64,000 nt of DNA from Limnochordia bacterium (GTDB taxonomy: Bacteria > Bacillota > Limnochordia > Darwinibacteriales > Darwinibacteriaceae). Under the pieces are notes generated by a model, which was not told the DNA's origin, did not search any database, and saw only the letters and a list, made by a program, of their open reading frames with translations. Within the stretch, counting starts at the first letter, position 1, and the number at the start of each line of letters is the position of its first letter. The stretch lies in NCBI GenBank assembly GCA_050952265.1, contig JBMNKP010000001.1:159770-223769 (forward strand), read 5' to 3'. Of this stretch, positions 9,049 to 18,884 are shown in pieces. The position numbers and the translations under genes are program-made.

Positions 9049-9756
9049 CTAGTTTTCCGGAAGGAATGCCCTGAAGGTGGCGGTTACGGTTGCCGTAACC
9101 TGCAGGGGGAATTGGGCAAAACCGGCGTCACTGTCTTCGTCCACGAGCGATGCCAGGGAGACTTCTGGATTGTAGACGTACATTTCCTCGTTAACGTTTT
9201 CCAGCACGAGGCCGGTTGCCGAGTTGGCTTCAGCGATCGCACCGGCCTTCCACCAAGCTTCTTCCATGGCCTTCTTCATGGCTTCGGCCCTGGGTTCCCG
9301 GTAGTCAAACATGTTGTACTGTAGGCCGTACATAACATTGGCGCCTGCATTGGTTACATCGTCAAGGAAGGAAGGCACCCGATCCAGATCTAGTAAGTGC
9401 ACCTCAAACACGTGGCGGACCGAATAGCCGCGGGCGACGAACTTCGAGACCGTCTCATCCCACTGTTCATTCGCATACATGCTGAACTCGTGGGTCTTCA
9501 CCAGTTGGGGAGTAGTGTATTGGCCGAAGATATCCAGGAGCCGTCCGATAACTTCGTTGGCCGTGTCCAGGGCGGCTTTTGGCGTCTCTGCATCCGTCTC
9601 TACACCGACCCAGAGCTGTGCTTTGTTAGGAGGCACGACCACCACTCCCGAAGCCTGCACCTGGATGGTGAAGCTCTGGGGAGAAGAAGCACTGGCCAGG
9701 GCGGAGTAAGTCAGGAGCAGCGCGAGGACGAGCACGAAGAACACTCTTTTACGCAT
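9049..9756 (-). CDS. SIMPL (DUF541) domain secreted protein
   Basis: Signal peptide; I.VQASG.V.VPP..AQLWVGVET, AMKKAMEEA..KA..IA, VTATVTATF; start set at MRKR after AAGGA. Confidence 0.8.
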   Translation of the reverse strand: MRKRVFFVLVLALLLTYSALASASSPQSFTIQVQASGVVVVPPNKAQLWVGVETDAETPKAALDTANEVIGRLLDIFGQYTTPQLVKTHEFSMYANEQWDETVSKFVARGYSVRHVFEVHLLDLDRVPSFLDDVTNAGANVMYGLQYNMFDYREPRAEAMKKAMEEAWWKAGAIAEANSATGLVLENVNEEMYVYNPEVSLASLVDEDSDAGFAQFPLQVTATVTATFRAFLPEN

Positions 9757-9781
9757 GCTTTCACTTCCTTTTCGTTTGTTG

Positions 9782-11881
9782 TCATACATTTCGGGCCGGG
9801 CGGCTCCGTTGTGGGGCACTGATGCGCAGGGCATTGAGCACTGCCAAAAGTGTCACTCCCACATCGGCAAAGACTGCCTCCCAGAGCTCAGCCAGGCCGA
9901 AACTGCCGAGGAGAAGGACGGCCAGTTTGACAAGGAGTGCGAACGCGATATTCTGGCGCACGATCCGGTTGGTGCTGCGGGCTGTCTGCACGGCCTTTAC
10001 CAGGTCGTAAGGGTCGTCGTTGACCAGCACGACGTCCGCAGTCTCAATGGCCGCCTGGGAGCCCAGGCCGCCCATGGCCACGCCCACGTGGGCTGCAGCC
10101 AAGGCGGGGGCATCGTTGATGCCGTCACCCACGAACACTACTCCGCCTGTGCGCTCCTTAATCATGCGTTCCAGCTCAGATGCCTTTTCGTGGGGAAGGA
10201 GTCCGGAGCGGACCTTGTCCACGCCGAGCCTGCTGCCTATATCGTTCGCCACTGCTGAGCTATCTCCTGTGAGCATGACAACTTCCATACCAAGACCTTT
10301 CAGTTCGGAAACGGCCCGGGCGGCGTGGGCTTTGGGCGCATCGGCCAGAACGATCGCCCCGGCGTAATGGCCGTCAACCGCCACATGCACTCCGGATCTG
10401 CCGAGATCGGCGGGGGCCTCAATGCCGGCCTGCTCGAGCAGCTGCCTGCTGCCGACCAGGATCTCGCGCCCGCGCCAGTGGGCTTTAACCCCAAAGCCAG
10501 ATTGTTCCTGGACGCTCGTTATCTCTCCGTCGTCCACTTCTCTGCCATAGGCCCGCAGGATGGATTGGGCGATGGGGTGGGTGGAGTTGCGTTCGGCGCG
10601 GGCCGCCAGTTCCAGCACTTCTTCCCGAGAGAAGGGCGGAACTGCCGCAATTTCTTCCACGGAAAACTGGCCAGAAGTGAGGGTGCCCGTTTTGTCGAAG
10701 ACGATGGTGCGCGCTTCATACAGCGCCTGGAGGTAGGTGCTGCCCTTAACCAAAATGCCCTGCCGCGAAGCACGGCCGATCCCTGCGAAAAAGCCCAGAG
10801 GGATGGAGACGACCAGGGCGCAGGGGCACGATATGACTAGAGTGATGAGTGCGCGGTAGATCCAGTCCTGCCAAGCGCCGCCAAAGAAGAGGGGCGGTAC
10901 CAAGGCGATCAGCGCTGCAAGAGCCACAACGACCGGTGTGTAGTAGCGGGCAAAGGTGGTGATGAAGTCCTCTGTTGGCGCTTTGCGGGACGCAGCGTTT
11001 TCCACAAGTTCAAGAATGCGGGCGGCAGTCGAATCTTTGGCCAGCTTCTCGGTTTCCACGGTCAAAAGGCCGCTCAGGTTTACGGAACCGGCAAACACTT
11101 CCTGCCCAGTTTCTACAGTCCGGGGCATGCTCTCTCCCGTGAGGGCAGAGGTATCCACTGACGAAGTCCCGCTGAGAATTCTGCCATCCACCGGGATGCG
11201 TTCACCTGGCCTGACGATGACCACATCGCCGATGCGCAGCTGCTCGGCGCGAACGTCCTTGATGTTTCCATCCACCTTGAGATGAGCCGTGTCAGGAGTG
11301 ATGGCCAGCAGGGCCTCAATGGAGCGGCGGGAGTGATCTACGGCCAGATGCTGCAGAAATTCGCCGATGCGGTAGAAGATCATCACAGCGGCCGCTTCAG
11401 GATACTCGCGGATACCCAGGGCACCCAAAGTGGCCAGGGTCATCAGGAAGTTCTCATCGAAGACCAATCCCCGCTTGAGGCCGGACACAGCCTGCAGCAC
11501 GATTTCGTAACCGGCCAGGGCATAGGCGGCGATGTACAGGGAGGTTTTTATGGGGCCTTCCGGCGCGAACAGGGCCGCCAAGGCGCTGATCAGACTCAGG
11601 CCGAGGGTGAGGCTGTCAACCGTGAGAAACTCGGGTTTGGCCCGTTCCACCTTCTGCTCATGTACTGTGATGCCCGGCTCTAAAGCCGCCACGACCTCCT
11701 GAAGAGCCTGCTTGACCGCCTCCCGGTCTTCTCTGCCGGTCTCCAAGAAGATGCGGCTTGAGGGGAAATCCACAACGGCTTCCCGCACCGCTTCCATGTT
11801 GGCCGCGGCTCTTTCAATCTTCGCAGCGCAGTGGGCGCAATCTAGACCTTCCAAATGGTAGACAAGGCGCATGTGTTCCAC
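9782..11881 (-). CDS. cadA: Heavy-metal (Cd/Zn/Pb) P1B-type ATPase
   Basis: GLDCAHC HMA domain, TGES, SCPC, DKTGTLT, HP, GDGINDAPAL. Confidence 0.93.
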   Translation of the reverse strand: MEHMRLVYHLEGLDCAHCAAKIERAAANMEAVREAVVDFPSSRIFLETGREDREAVKQALQEVVAALEPGITVHEQKVERAKPEFLTVDSLTLGLSLISALAALFAPEGPIKTSLYIAAYALAGYEIVLQAVSGLKRGLVFDENFLMTLATLGALGIREYPEAAAVMIFYRIGEFLQHLAVDHSRRSIEALLAITPDTAHLKVDGNIKDVRAEQLRIGDVVIVRPGERIPVDGRILSGTSSVDTSALTGESMPRTVETGQEVFAGSVNLSGLLTVETEKLAKDSTAARILELVENAASRKAPTEDFITTFARYYTPVVVALAALIALVPPLFFGGAWQDWIYRALITLVISCPCALVVSIPLGFFAGIGRASRQGILVKGSTYLQALYEARTIVFDKTGTLTSGQFSVEEIAAVPPFSREEVLELAARAERNSTHPIAQSILRAYGREVDDGEITSVQEQSGFGVKAHWRGREILVGSRQLLEQAGIEAPADLGRSGVHVAVDGHYAGAIVLADAPKAHAARAVSELKGLGMEVVMLTGDSSAVANDIGSRLGVDKVRSGLLPHEKASELERMIKERTGGVVFVGDGINDAPALAAAHVGVAMGGLGSQAAIETADVVLVNDDPYDLVKAVQTARSTNRIVRQNIAFALLVKLAVLLLGSFGLAELWEAVFADVGVTLLAVLNALRISAPQRSRPARNV

Positions 11882-11882
11882 C

Positions 11883-12248
11883 TCAATTGCGTTCTTGAAT
11901 GTGCTGATACGCTTGGTTAAAGACTGATTTCACGTGGTCGTCATCCAGGCTGTAGTAGACGACGCGCCCGTCGCGGCGGAACCGCACCAACTTGGCCTGC
12001 TTGAGCACTCTGAGCTGGTGGGACACGGCCGATTGGGTAAGCCCCAGGAGGCACGCCAGATCGCAGACACACATCTCCGATTGGGAGAGGGCGTAGAGGA
12101 TGCGGACCCTCGTTGTGTCGCCGAAGACTTTGAAAAACTCGGCCAGGTCAAAGAGGCCCTCTTCCGCCGGCATGCTCTGCCGCACCTTTGCTACCACATC
12201 TTCATGGATCACTGTCACGTCGCAGGACGGTTCCTCTCTGCTGGACAT
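11883..12248 (-). CDS. cadC: ArsR/SmtB family metal-responsive repressor (CadC/SmtB-like)
   Basis: FKVFGDTTR.RIL, EMCVCDLA, QSAVSHQLR, YYSLDDDH; GGAGG RBS before 12248. Confidence 0.85.
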   Translation of the reverse strand: MSSREEPSCDVTVIHEDVVAKVRQSMPAEEGLFDLAEFFKVFGDTTRVRILYALSQSEMCVCDLACLLGLTQSAVSHQLRVLKQAKLVRFRRDGRVVYYSLDDDHVKSVFNQAYQHIQERN

Positions 12249-12269
12249 GGGCTTCCCTCCCTTCAGATG

Positions 12270-12330
12270 ATATATGAGCACTTGTTCATATATTCAGCTA
12301 TAATATACTCCCGGTTCCTGATCTTGTCAA
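12270..12330 (-). promoter_or_regulatory. cad promoter with SmtB/CadC-type inverted-repeat operator
   Basis: ATATATGAgCA-CT-TGtTCATATAT at 12270-12293; minus strand TTGACA(12325-12330)-17-TATATT. Confidence 0.8.
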
Positions 12331-12331
12331 C

Positions 12332-12362
12332 AAAAAACCCACCCCGAGCTGGGGTGGGTCTG
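12332..12362 (-). terminator. Intrinsic terminator
   Basis: acccacccc-gagct-ggggtgggt hairpin with T6 on minus strand. Confidence 0.75.
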
Positions 12363-12374
12363 GTAAACTCTTCG

Positions 12375-13133
12375 TTAATCGACGAGGAAGACCACGGAAT
12401 ACTGGGCGAGGAAATCGTAAACATCGAGAGCATCCAGAATGGCCTGGGCATCATCGTCGCTGATGACGACGTTCGTTTCTGGGCTCCCCGTGACCTCCAG
12501 CGCTCTGACCACTAAGGGAGACACTTTTACCGTTCCCTTGGGCTGGATGCGCTTCAGCAGTTCTGGGGTGAGGTCCTGCCCGTAAGAGGCGATGCCCGCT
12601 TCCTGCAGGAACTCGTAGGCTACGGCCACGCCGGCGTAGACCAGCTGCCCCGATTCGGAGTAGATCCTGGGGCTCATGCCGCGCTGCAGACCGAGGCCCC
12701 GGGCATCCACGATCAACCCGGTATAGACCAGGCCCTGTTCGATGAGGACTTCATCGGCTAAGTCGAGCTGGACGCGGCGGATGTTGAACTCGTCCCATTC
12801 CATCTCCACTCCCTCAGGGGCGGAAAACACCACAGTGGCATGGGTGGCTCCCGGCGGAGCTGTAACAATGGTAGAGATGTGCTGCCATTCGTTTGGCCCG
12901 GCCAGGCTTCGGCTCAGCTGCGTTGACCTCAGGTACTGGCCGTGTTCGTTTTGGATGTACACTGCTGCCAACGTGGGCGCATCCTGCAGCGCCGTTTTGA
13001 TCCGCACGCTCACCTCGTAACGGGCCCCTGCCTCCAGGAGAAAGGTGCGGGAAAACTCCGCCGCCTGTGCGCCCGAGGCTGCGGCCAAGAGCCAAAACAC
13101 GACAAGGATGGCTGCAGTCTTGCTCAGTTTCAT
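12375..13133 (-). CDS. Secreted protein: CBM-like jelly-roll N-domain plus YTGLIVDA C-domain (LPP20-lipoprotein-associated type)
   Basis: Signal peptide; WQH...TAPPGATHA.V..WDEF; YTGLIVDARGLGLQRGMSPRIYSESG; paralog at 48091-48939. Confidence 0.65.
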   Translation of the reverse strand: MKLSKTAAILVVFWLLAAASGAQAAEFSRTFLLEAGARYEVSVRIKTALQDAPTLAAVYIQNEHGQYLRSTQLSRSLAGPNEWQHISTIVTAPPGATHATVVFSAPEGVEMEWDEFNIRRVQLDLADEVLIEQGLVYTGLIVDARGLGLQRGMSPRIYSESGQLVYAGVAVAYEFLQEAGIASYGQDLTPELLKRIQPKGTVKVSPLVVRALEVTGSPETNVVISDDDAQAILDALDVYDFLAQYSVVFLVD

Positions 13134-13241
13134 CGTATCGACCTCCCGTCTACAATCACACAGTTCGCAGCTTCTTCTCCAGATTTGACCCCAACAACAC
13201 CGAAAACCCTATGTAGCCAGGCCCCAGGTGGGGCCTGGAAG

Positions 13242-13772
13242 TTATCCTACGATGAGGACCTGCCCTGCCGTGATCTGGTCGGGATCCTGCAGGTTGTTCC
13301 ACTCAACTAACTCCTTCAAAGAGACTTTGTACTGAAGAGCGAGTTTGAAGAGGGTATCGCCGATCTCCACGGTGTGCTGTTTCCGCGCTGCCGACTCCCC
13401 GAGGTAAAAGTGCATCGGGATGCGGATCATGGTGCCCACCGCCAGTTCCTCTGCGGAGAGGCGGTTAGCCTGCAGCAGCAGGTCTTCAGGCACTCTGTAC
13501 TGCGCCGCCAGGGAACGGCTGTTGTCACCGGGCTGGACTACGTGGTAGCTCCACAGAGTCTGCACCGGGATCAGCAGCTTCTGGCCGACGCGCAGATTCT
13601 CAGGGATCAGGCCGGGGTTGAACTCCAGAAACTCAGCAACCGTCACGCCGTAGCGCTGGGCCAGGCCGTAGACGGTGTCGCCCTTAGCTGTGGTGTGGTA
13701 CTGTGGTGCACCGGCGGCTGCGCCCATGCTCAGCATGAGCACGATGAGAATTGCTGGAATGGCTTTTTTCAT
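13242..13772 (-). CDS. Secreted protein with three LysM domains
   Basis: Three H.V..GD....LA..Y.V....L...N repeats; signal peptide; GGAGG RBS. Confidence 0.9.
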   Translation of the reverse strand: MKKAIPAILIVLMLSMGAAAGAPQYHTTAKGDTVYGLAQRYGVTVAEFLEFNPGLIPENLRVGQKLLIPVQTLWSYHVVQPGDNSRSLAAQYRVPEDLLLQANRLSAEELAVGTMIRIPMHFYLGESAARKQHTVEIGDTLFKLALQYKVSLKELVEWNNLQDPDQITAGQVLIVG

Positions 13773-13838
13773 GCTTTCACCTCCCAGCCAATTATTGATC
13801 CCAGGGGGAGCTGAAAGCAAAGGTATGTTCTGACGGAG

Positions 13839-14825
13839 TTAGTAATCTATGCCGCTGCGCCGCAGAGTCCAAGCGAGGAGCTCTGGAGTGAGATCAAGCT
13901 GGAAGAACACTTCCATGAAAGCGCTGTAGGTCTGCACCAAATCGCCTCTGTAGGCGGTGGGGTAGGCGATGGAATGCAGCCATTCCAGCCCCAACAGGCT
14001 GAAGATGGAGCCCGGTTCCAACCAGTTGAGGGGGAAGGAAGGGATCTGGTAGATGCGTTTGTGCCCATCTTTTTCGATGGCCCGGTAAGGATCGGCGATG
14101 GTGTCGGGCATGATCAGCACCAGATCTGGAAAGGGAGGCTGATCGTTCCAAACCGGCATCTCCACCATGCCGGCCAGTCCCAAAAGTTCGTCGAAATGTC
14201 CCGGTTCCCTGGGGGAAACGATGTGCACGGGGATGGGCTCGAAGGCGCTGTGCAGTTCCTGAAAGCTGGCCAGCTCAGCCAAGTGGTTCTCGACATAGGC
14301 AGCCAGTACTTGTCCCCGCACTTCTTTACCGAGCACACTGCCCAAAAGGCGCAGAGCATCAGGGAGCGAGGCCAGGCTGCTGTCCACCAGCACGGCGGGG
14401 ATGCCAAGCTTCTTCTGAACCTCCTCGGCCAGCTCGCGGTTGCGGGCGTTCACCGGCGCATAGTGGAGAATGAGGTCCGGTGTCAATCTTATGATCTCGG
14501 CGGTCCGCATGGTCTGGTAGGTTTCATCCCAGGTGCCTAAGGTGGGCAGAGCGTGGTAAGCGGGGAGCACGGCAAATTCCAGCTCCGGACTCAATCCGCG
14601 GTTCCACCCCAGGATGGCATCGGGGTCAAGGGCGTAGATCACGAACGTTCCCATTTCTGTGGTGGCGTATACTTTATGTACATCAGCCGGGAGCTCCACC
14701 AGGCGTTCCGCATGATCCACCACGAGGTTCGAAGGCAGCGCGGACTCGCTCAGCATCTTGGGAAAGAGCAGCAGGAGGAGTATGACCAGTACCACGGCCT
14801 GCCCCGGGTGAACGTCCTTGCGCAT
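13839..14825 (-). CDS. Periplasmic binding protein, Fe-siderophore/cobalamin (FepB/BtuF-like) class; no permease or ATPase adjacent
   Basis: VVDHAERLVELPADVHKV, EIIRLTPDLIL, LGLEWL...YP. Confidence 0.75.
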   Translation of the reverse strand: MRKDVHPGQAVVLVILLLLLFPKMLSESALPSNLVVDHAERLVELPADVHKVYATTEMGTFVIYALDPDAILGWNRGLSPELEFAVLPAYHALPTLGTWDETYQTMRTAEIIRLTPDLILHYAPVNARNRELAEEVQKKLGIPAVLVDSSLASLPDALRLLGSVLGKEVRGQVLAAYVENHLAELASFQELHSAFEPIPVHIVSPREPGHFDELLGLAGMVEMPVWNDQPPFPDLVLIMPDTIADPYRAIEKDGHKRIYQIPSFPLNWLEPGSIFSLLGLEWLHSIAYPTAYRGDLVQTYSAFMEVFFQLDLTPELLAWTLRRSGIDY

Positions 14826-14885
14826 CCGGCACCGTTCCTTTCAGCCGCTGAAGCACTCACCGTGTAGAATATCCTTCCAGTTACT

Positions 14886-14914
14886 ACTCTATGCCACGCG
14901 GGACTGGGTGTCAA
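14886..14914 (-). promoter_or_regulatory. Sigma-A promoter of the binding-protein gene
   Basis: TTGACA-17 bp-TAGAGT on minus strand. Confidence 0.6.
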
Positions 14915-15019
14915 TGAACGCCTGGACGTATACGAAAATGACAAAACGGCATGCGGGATATTACGAACATCATAGCCCCCGGTACGTTTTTGGTCATGAA
15001 AGTGATTGTTCAGTCTTCT

Positions 15020-15799
15020 CTGCGGGATTCCATGGGCCTGAACGATCCCTTCTACGTCCAGTATTTCCGCTGGTTGAGGAACGCCGTGCGGGGTGATCTG
15101 GGGAAGTCCCTGCGCTCCAAGAAACTGGTAACGACAGAGATCCTGGATCGGCTGCCTGCGACCACTGAACTGGCCATCGCTGCTGTGACCTTTGCGGTGA
15201 TTGTCGGTGTGCCCGTGGGGATACTGTCAGCGACCAAACCTAACTCCTGGTTTGATAACATCGCCATGGTGCTGGCGCTGACTGGAGCAGGCATGCCCGT
15301 GTTCTGGCAGGGAATCATGCTTATCCTTGTTTTCTCAGTCCACCTGGGCTGGCTTCCTTCCTCGGGTCGGATGGGCGGCTTCGAATACCTGATCCTGCCC
15401 GCCATAACGCTGGGCACAGCTTCCACAGCCAGCATCGCCCGGCTGACACGGTCCGCCATGCTGGAGGTGCTGCAGCAGGATTACATCCGCACTGCCCGTT
15501 CCAAGGGGCTGCCCCGCCGGACTGTAACGTTCAGGCATGCACTGCGCAATGCCCTGATTCCGGTCGTCACCATGATCGGCCTGCAGTTTGGAGGTTTGAT
15601 GAGCGGCGCCGTGTTGACCGAGACCATCTTCGCTTGGCCGGGTATTGGGCGGATGATCGTGGATGCGATCAATAACAAAGACTTCCCGCTGGTTCAAGGG
15701 GCGATCATGACCTTCGCTCTAATGTACGCGTTGGTCAACTTGATCATCGATGTGACCTACGCACTCTTAGATCCCCGGCTGCGGCTGGTGTACGAGTAG
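15020..15799 (+). pseudogene. dppB: 5'-truncated dipeptide/oligopeptide ABC permease (DppB/OppB-like)
   Basis: Homology begins at LRDSMGLNDPFYVQY; usual first TM and PGDP motif absent; EAA loop DYIRTARSKGL intact; open frame from 14951 lacks a clear RBS. Confidence 0.65.
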
Positions 15800-15815
15800 G
15801 GAGGAGGGGGCAAGT

Positions 15816-16691
15816 ATGGCAGTAAGCACAGACGTTTCAAAGGCTCAAAGCCGGTTTCAGCGCATAACCAAACAGCTCCTCCGCAACCGCCGGGCTGTCG
15901 TGGGCGGCATCATCCTCTTGGTGATCATAACCATGGCCATCTTCGCACCCTACGCAGCCACCCACGATCCAGTGAAGCAGAACATCCGCAACCAGCTGAA
16001 GCCTCCTTCCCGTGAACACATCTTCGGTACTGACCAGTTCGGTCGGGATATCTTCTCCCGGGTAGTTTACGGAGCCAGGCTTTCTCTGCGCGTGGGTTTT
16101 CTGTCCATTTCTTTCGCGCTGGTGGTTGGGGGCCTGCTGGGGCTGGTCTCAGGCTATTTCGGCGGCTGGATGGACATGATCATCATGCGCTTGATCGATA
16201 TCCTGCTGGCTCTGCCTGGTTTCCTGCTTGCGCTGGCCATCGTGGCCGCGCTGGGCCCAGGTTTGGAGAATGTGGTCATGGCCATCGGCGTTTCCTACGT
16301 CCCGTCTTTTGCCAGGATGATGCGATCCTCGGTGCTGGCCACCCGTGAACTAGACTATGTGGGTGCAGCCCAAGCCTTGGGAGCTTCCGACTCGCGGATC
16401 ATCTTCCTGCATATCCTGCCCAACTCGATCAGCCCGATCATCGTTCTCACCACCCTGAGCATGGCGGGCGCCATTTTGTCCGCGGCCGGGCTGAGCTTCT
16501 TAGGTCTCGGTGCGCAGCCGCCGACACCGGAGTGGGGCAGCATGATTGCCACGGCCAGGCCCTTTATCAGGGTCTCGCACTGGTCGGTGACCATCCCCGG
16601 TCTGGCGATCTTCATCACTGTGATGTGCCTTAACTTGGTGGGAGATGGGCTGAGGGACGCCCTCGATCCCCGCCTGAAGAACCTGAGCTGA
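15816..16691 (+). CDS. dppC: Dipeptide/oligopeptide ABC permease (DppC/OppC-like)
   Basis: HIFGTDQFGRDIFSRVVYGARLSL, LSFLGLGAQPPTPEWG, NLVGDGLRDALDPR. Confidence 0.9.
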   Translation: MAVSTDVSKAQSRFQRITKQLLRNRRAVVGGIILLVIITMAIFAPYAATHDPVKQNIRNQLKPPSREHIFGTDQFGRDIFSRVVYGARLSLRVGFLSISFALVVGGLLGLVSGYFGGWMDMIIMRLIDILLALPGFLLALAIVAALGPGLENVVMAIGVSYVPSFARMMRSSVLATRELDYVGAAQALGASDSRIIFLHILPNSISPIIVLTTLSMAGAILSAAGLSFLGLGAQPPTPEWGSMIATARPFIRVSHWSVTIPGLAIFITVMCLNLVGDGLRDALDPRLKNLS

Positions 16692-16784
16692 GGGCGAGCG
16701 GGAAAACAAGCGAAAAGGAACATCGGCTGACCCGAGAGCATAGAATGGACCATTGTAGTACTCGAGTACTAGGAGGTCTGTACT

Positions 16785-18044
16785 ATGCTTTCTCTGTTTA
16801 AGAAAGAGGACTGGTGGGCGAACTGGCTGGGCGGCCTGTTCATCCTCGGTGCAGCCACGGGTGTGGTCCGCTACATCCCCAAGCTGCCGAAATGGGATCA
16901 CCTGCAGAACGCCCTGTCGGTTGAGCTCATTTTGCCTCTGGTGCTCTGGGGCTTGGGACTGGCGGCCCTCACGGCCCTGGCTCTGAAGATCATGGGAGAG
17001 GATATTGGAAGCTACTTAAAAGCCTTTCCCGCCGTGTTCGGCTTGGGAGTACTAGCTTACATCATCGGCAACCAAAACACACTCAACCAGTACGGTTTCA
17101 ACGACGTGATCTGGGCGCTGGTGCTGGGACTCCTCATCAGCAACCTGTGGCGCAAACCCCAGTGGATCATCCCCGCGCTACGCACTGAGTTGTTCATCAA
17201 GACCGGCCTGGTCCTGTTGGGCGCCGAGATCCTCTTCAACAGGGTGCTCACCCTGGGAAGCCACGGGCTGGGCGTTGCCTGGACTGTGCCGCCCTTGGTC
17301 ATGATCTTCATGTATCTGTATGGAACCAAGGTGCTGAAGATCGACAGCAAGGCTCTGGTCGCTACCGTGGCCACCTGCACCTCAGTGTGCGGTGTATCCG
17401 CAGCCATCGCAACAGGAGCGGCCGTCAAAGCCAAAAAAGAAGAGATCAGCGCCGCCATTTCGGTTTCTCTGATTGTAACAGTTATCATGATGCTGGGGAT
17501 GCCTATCCTGATCCGCTGGATCGGAATGTCTGACGCCATCGCTGGCGCCTGGATCGGGGGTACAGTGGATGCAACGGGGGCTGTGGTCATGGCCGGCAGC
17601 ATGGTCAGCCCCACGGCAATGGAAGTGGCGTCGGTGGTAAAGATGCTGCAGAACGCGCTCATCGGATTGGTGGCCTTCTGCTGGGCACTCTTCTTCGTAA
17701 CGCGAGTGGAAAGCGAACCCGGCGTGGAGAGGGTAAGCGCTCGGGAGATCTGGACGCGCCTGCCCAAGTTCGTCTTGGGCTTTGTAGCTGCTTCGCTGGT
17801 GACGTCCTTTGTGCTGGTGCCGACCTTGGGTGAAGCCCGGGTAGATGATATCCTCAAGATCACGTCCACCGCCCGGAACTGGCTCTTTGCCATGGCCTTT
17901 GTCACCATCGGGCTGGATTCCCGCTTGGTGGATCTGAGGAAAGCCTTCAAGGGTCAGGCCACTGTCAATCTGCACCTGGTAGGCCAGGCAGTAAACGTGA
18001 TCCTGACACTATTAGCCTCGCTGTACTTCTTTAAAGGCCTCTGA
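16785..18044 (+). CDS. Putative sulfate exporter / YeiH (UPF0324) family membrane protein
   Basis: EDWWA.WLG, IKTGLVLLG, SVCGVSAAIA, AGAWIGGTVD.TG.V, VKM.QN. Confidence 0.85.
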   Translation: MLSLFKKEDWWANWLGGLFILGAATGVVRYIPKLPKWDHLQNALSVELILPLVLWGLGLAALTALALKIMGEDIGSYLKAFPAVFGLGVLAYIIGNQNTLNQYGFNDVIWALVLGLLISNLWRKPQWIIPALRTELFIKTGLVLLGAEILFNRVLTLGSHGLGVAWTVPPLVMIFMYLYGTKVLKIDSKALVATVATCTSVCGVSAAIATGAAVKAKKEEISAAISVSLIVTVIMMLGMPILIRWIGMSDAIAGAWIGGTVDATGAVVMAGSMVSPTAMEVASVVKMLQNALIGLVAFCWALFFVTRVESEPGVERVSAREIWTRLPKFVLGFVAASLVTSFVLVPTLGEARVDDILKITSTARNWLFAMAFVTIGLDSRLVDLRKAFKGQATVNLHLVGQAVNVILTLLASLYFFKGL

Positions 18045-18047
18045 TCG

Positions 18048-18761
18048 TCATTCCCAGCGGAAGCGGTAGCGCAGGAAGAGTTCGCTACCCTGACGGTGTA
18101 CAGAGACCAGCTCTGTGTCCTGGGGCCAGGGAAGAATGTCATCTCCCATGGCTAGGGTGAGGTCTGTACGCAGTCCCACCAGTCTGGGCGCAAGGGTTAT
18201 GAAGATTTCGTCGAGCAGCCGGGACTGCATGAACTGGAAGTTTGTGCTGGGGCCTCCTTCCACCAGCAGGCGGCGCACCTGGTGTTTCTGCCAGAGAAGG
18301 GCACAGATCGCGTCGGGGGACGATTGCTCCAGGACTTCCACGACAGCCCGGTTCTTGATCTCTTCGGGCAGATTGGCGGCCCCTTCAGCGCTGGTGATGA
18401 TCACCGGCGGCCTTGGGGAATCCTGAAAGAGGGGAGCGCCGGGATCCAGCCTGCCGCTGCCCGTGAGTACTACACTGAGAGGTTGGAAGGCCAGCCCCTT
18501 CTCACAGCGGGCGTGCTCCAGTTCTGGCGGCACGCCCAAGTAAAAGGGGTGCTGCCTGACAGTGCTGCCCCCAGCAAGAACGGCATCGAAATGGCTGCGG
18601 ATCACCCGCATGGTATGCAGATCAAAGGCACTGCCCAGGCTTCCGGGCTGAAGCACCCCTCCCCTGGTGACCTTGCCGTCCAGGGACATGACCATGTTGC
18701 AGGCGACAAAGGGCCTCTTGTCTGGGAGATCGAAATGAAGATCGGAGTAGAAATGGTCCAT
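18048..18761 (-). CDS. RibD C-terminal domain / DHFR-like reductase
   Basis: NMVMSLDGK, DAVLAGGSTVR, LLVEGGP..N..F....LLDEIFITLAP. Confidence 0.85.
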   Translation of the reverse strand: MDHFYSDLHFDLPDKRPFVACNMVMSLDGKVTRGGVLQPGSLGSAFDLHTMRVIRSHFDAVLAGGSTVRQHPFYLGVPPELEHARCEKGLAFQPLSVVLTGSGRLDPGAPLFQDSPRPPVIITSAEGAANLPEEIKNRAVVEVLEQSSPDAICALLWQKHQVRRLLVEGGPSTNFQFMQSRLLDEIFITLAPRLVGLRTDLTLAMGDDILPWPQDTELVSVHRQGSELFLRYRFRWE

Positions 18762-18884
18762 GGTTCACCTCCCTAAAAGGAAAAAGGCCTTTAGCATGCA
18801 GGAACATGCCAAAAGCCTGAACAGTTCAGCCGAGGGCAGCCTCCAGTTCAGCGGACCGGTGCCTGCCCTGAGAGGACACGGAGT

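Noticed and set aside
14826-14890. Cobalamin riboswitch before the BtuF-like binding protein
   Set aside because: Leader is only about 55 nt and has no B12 box
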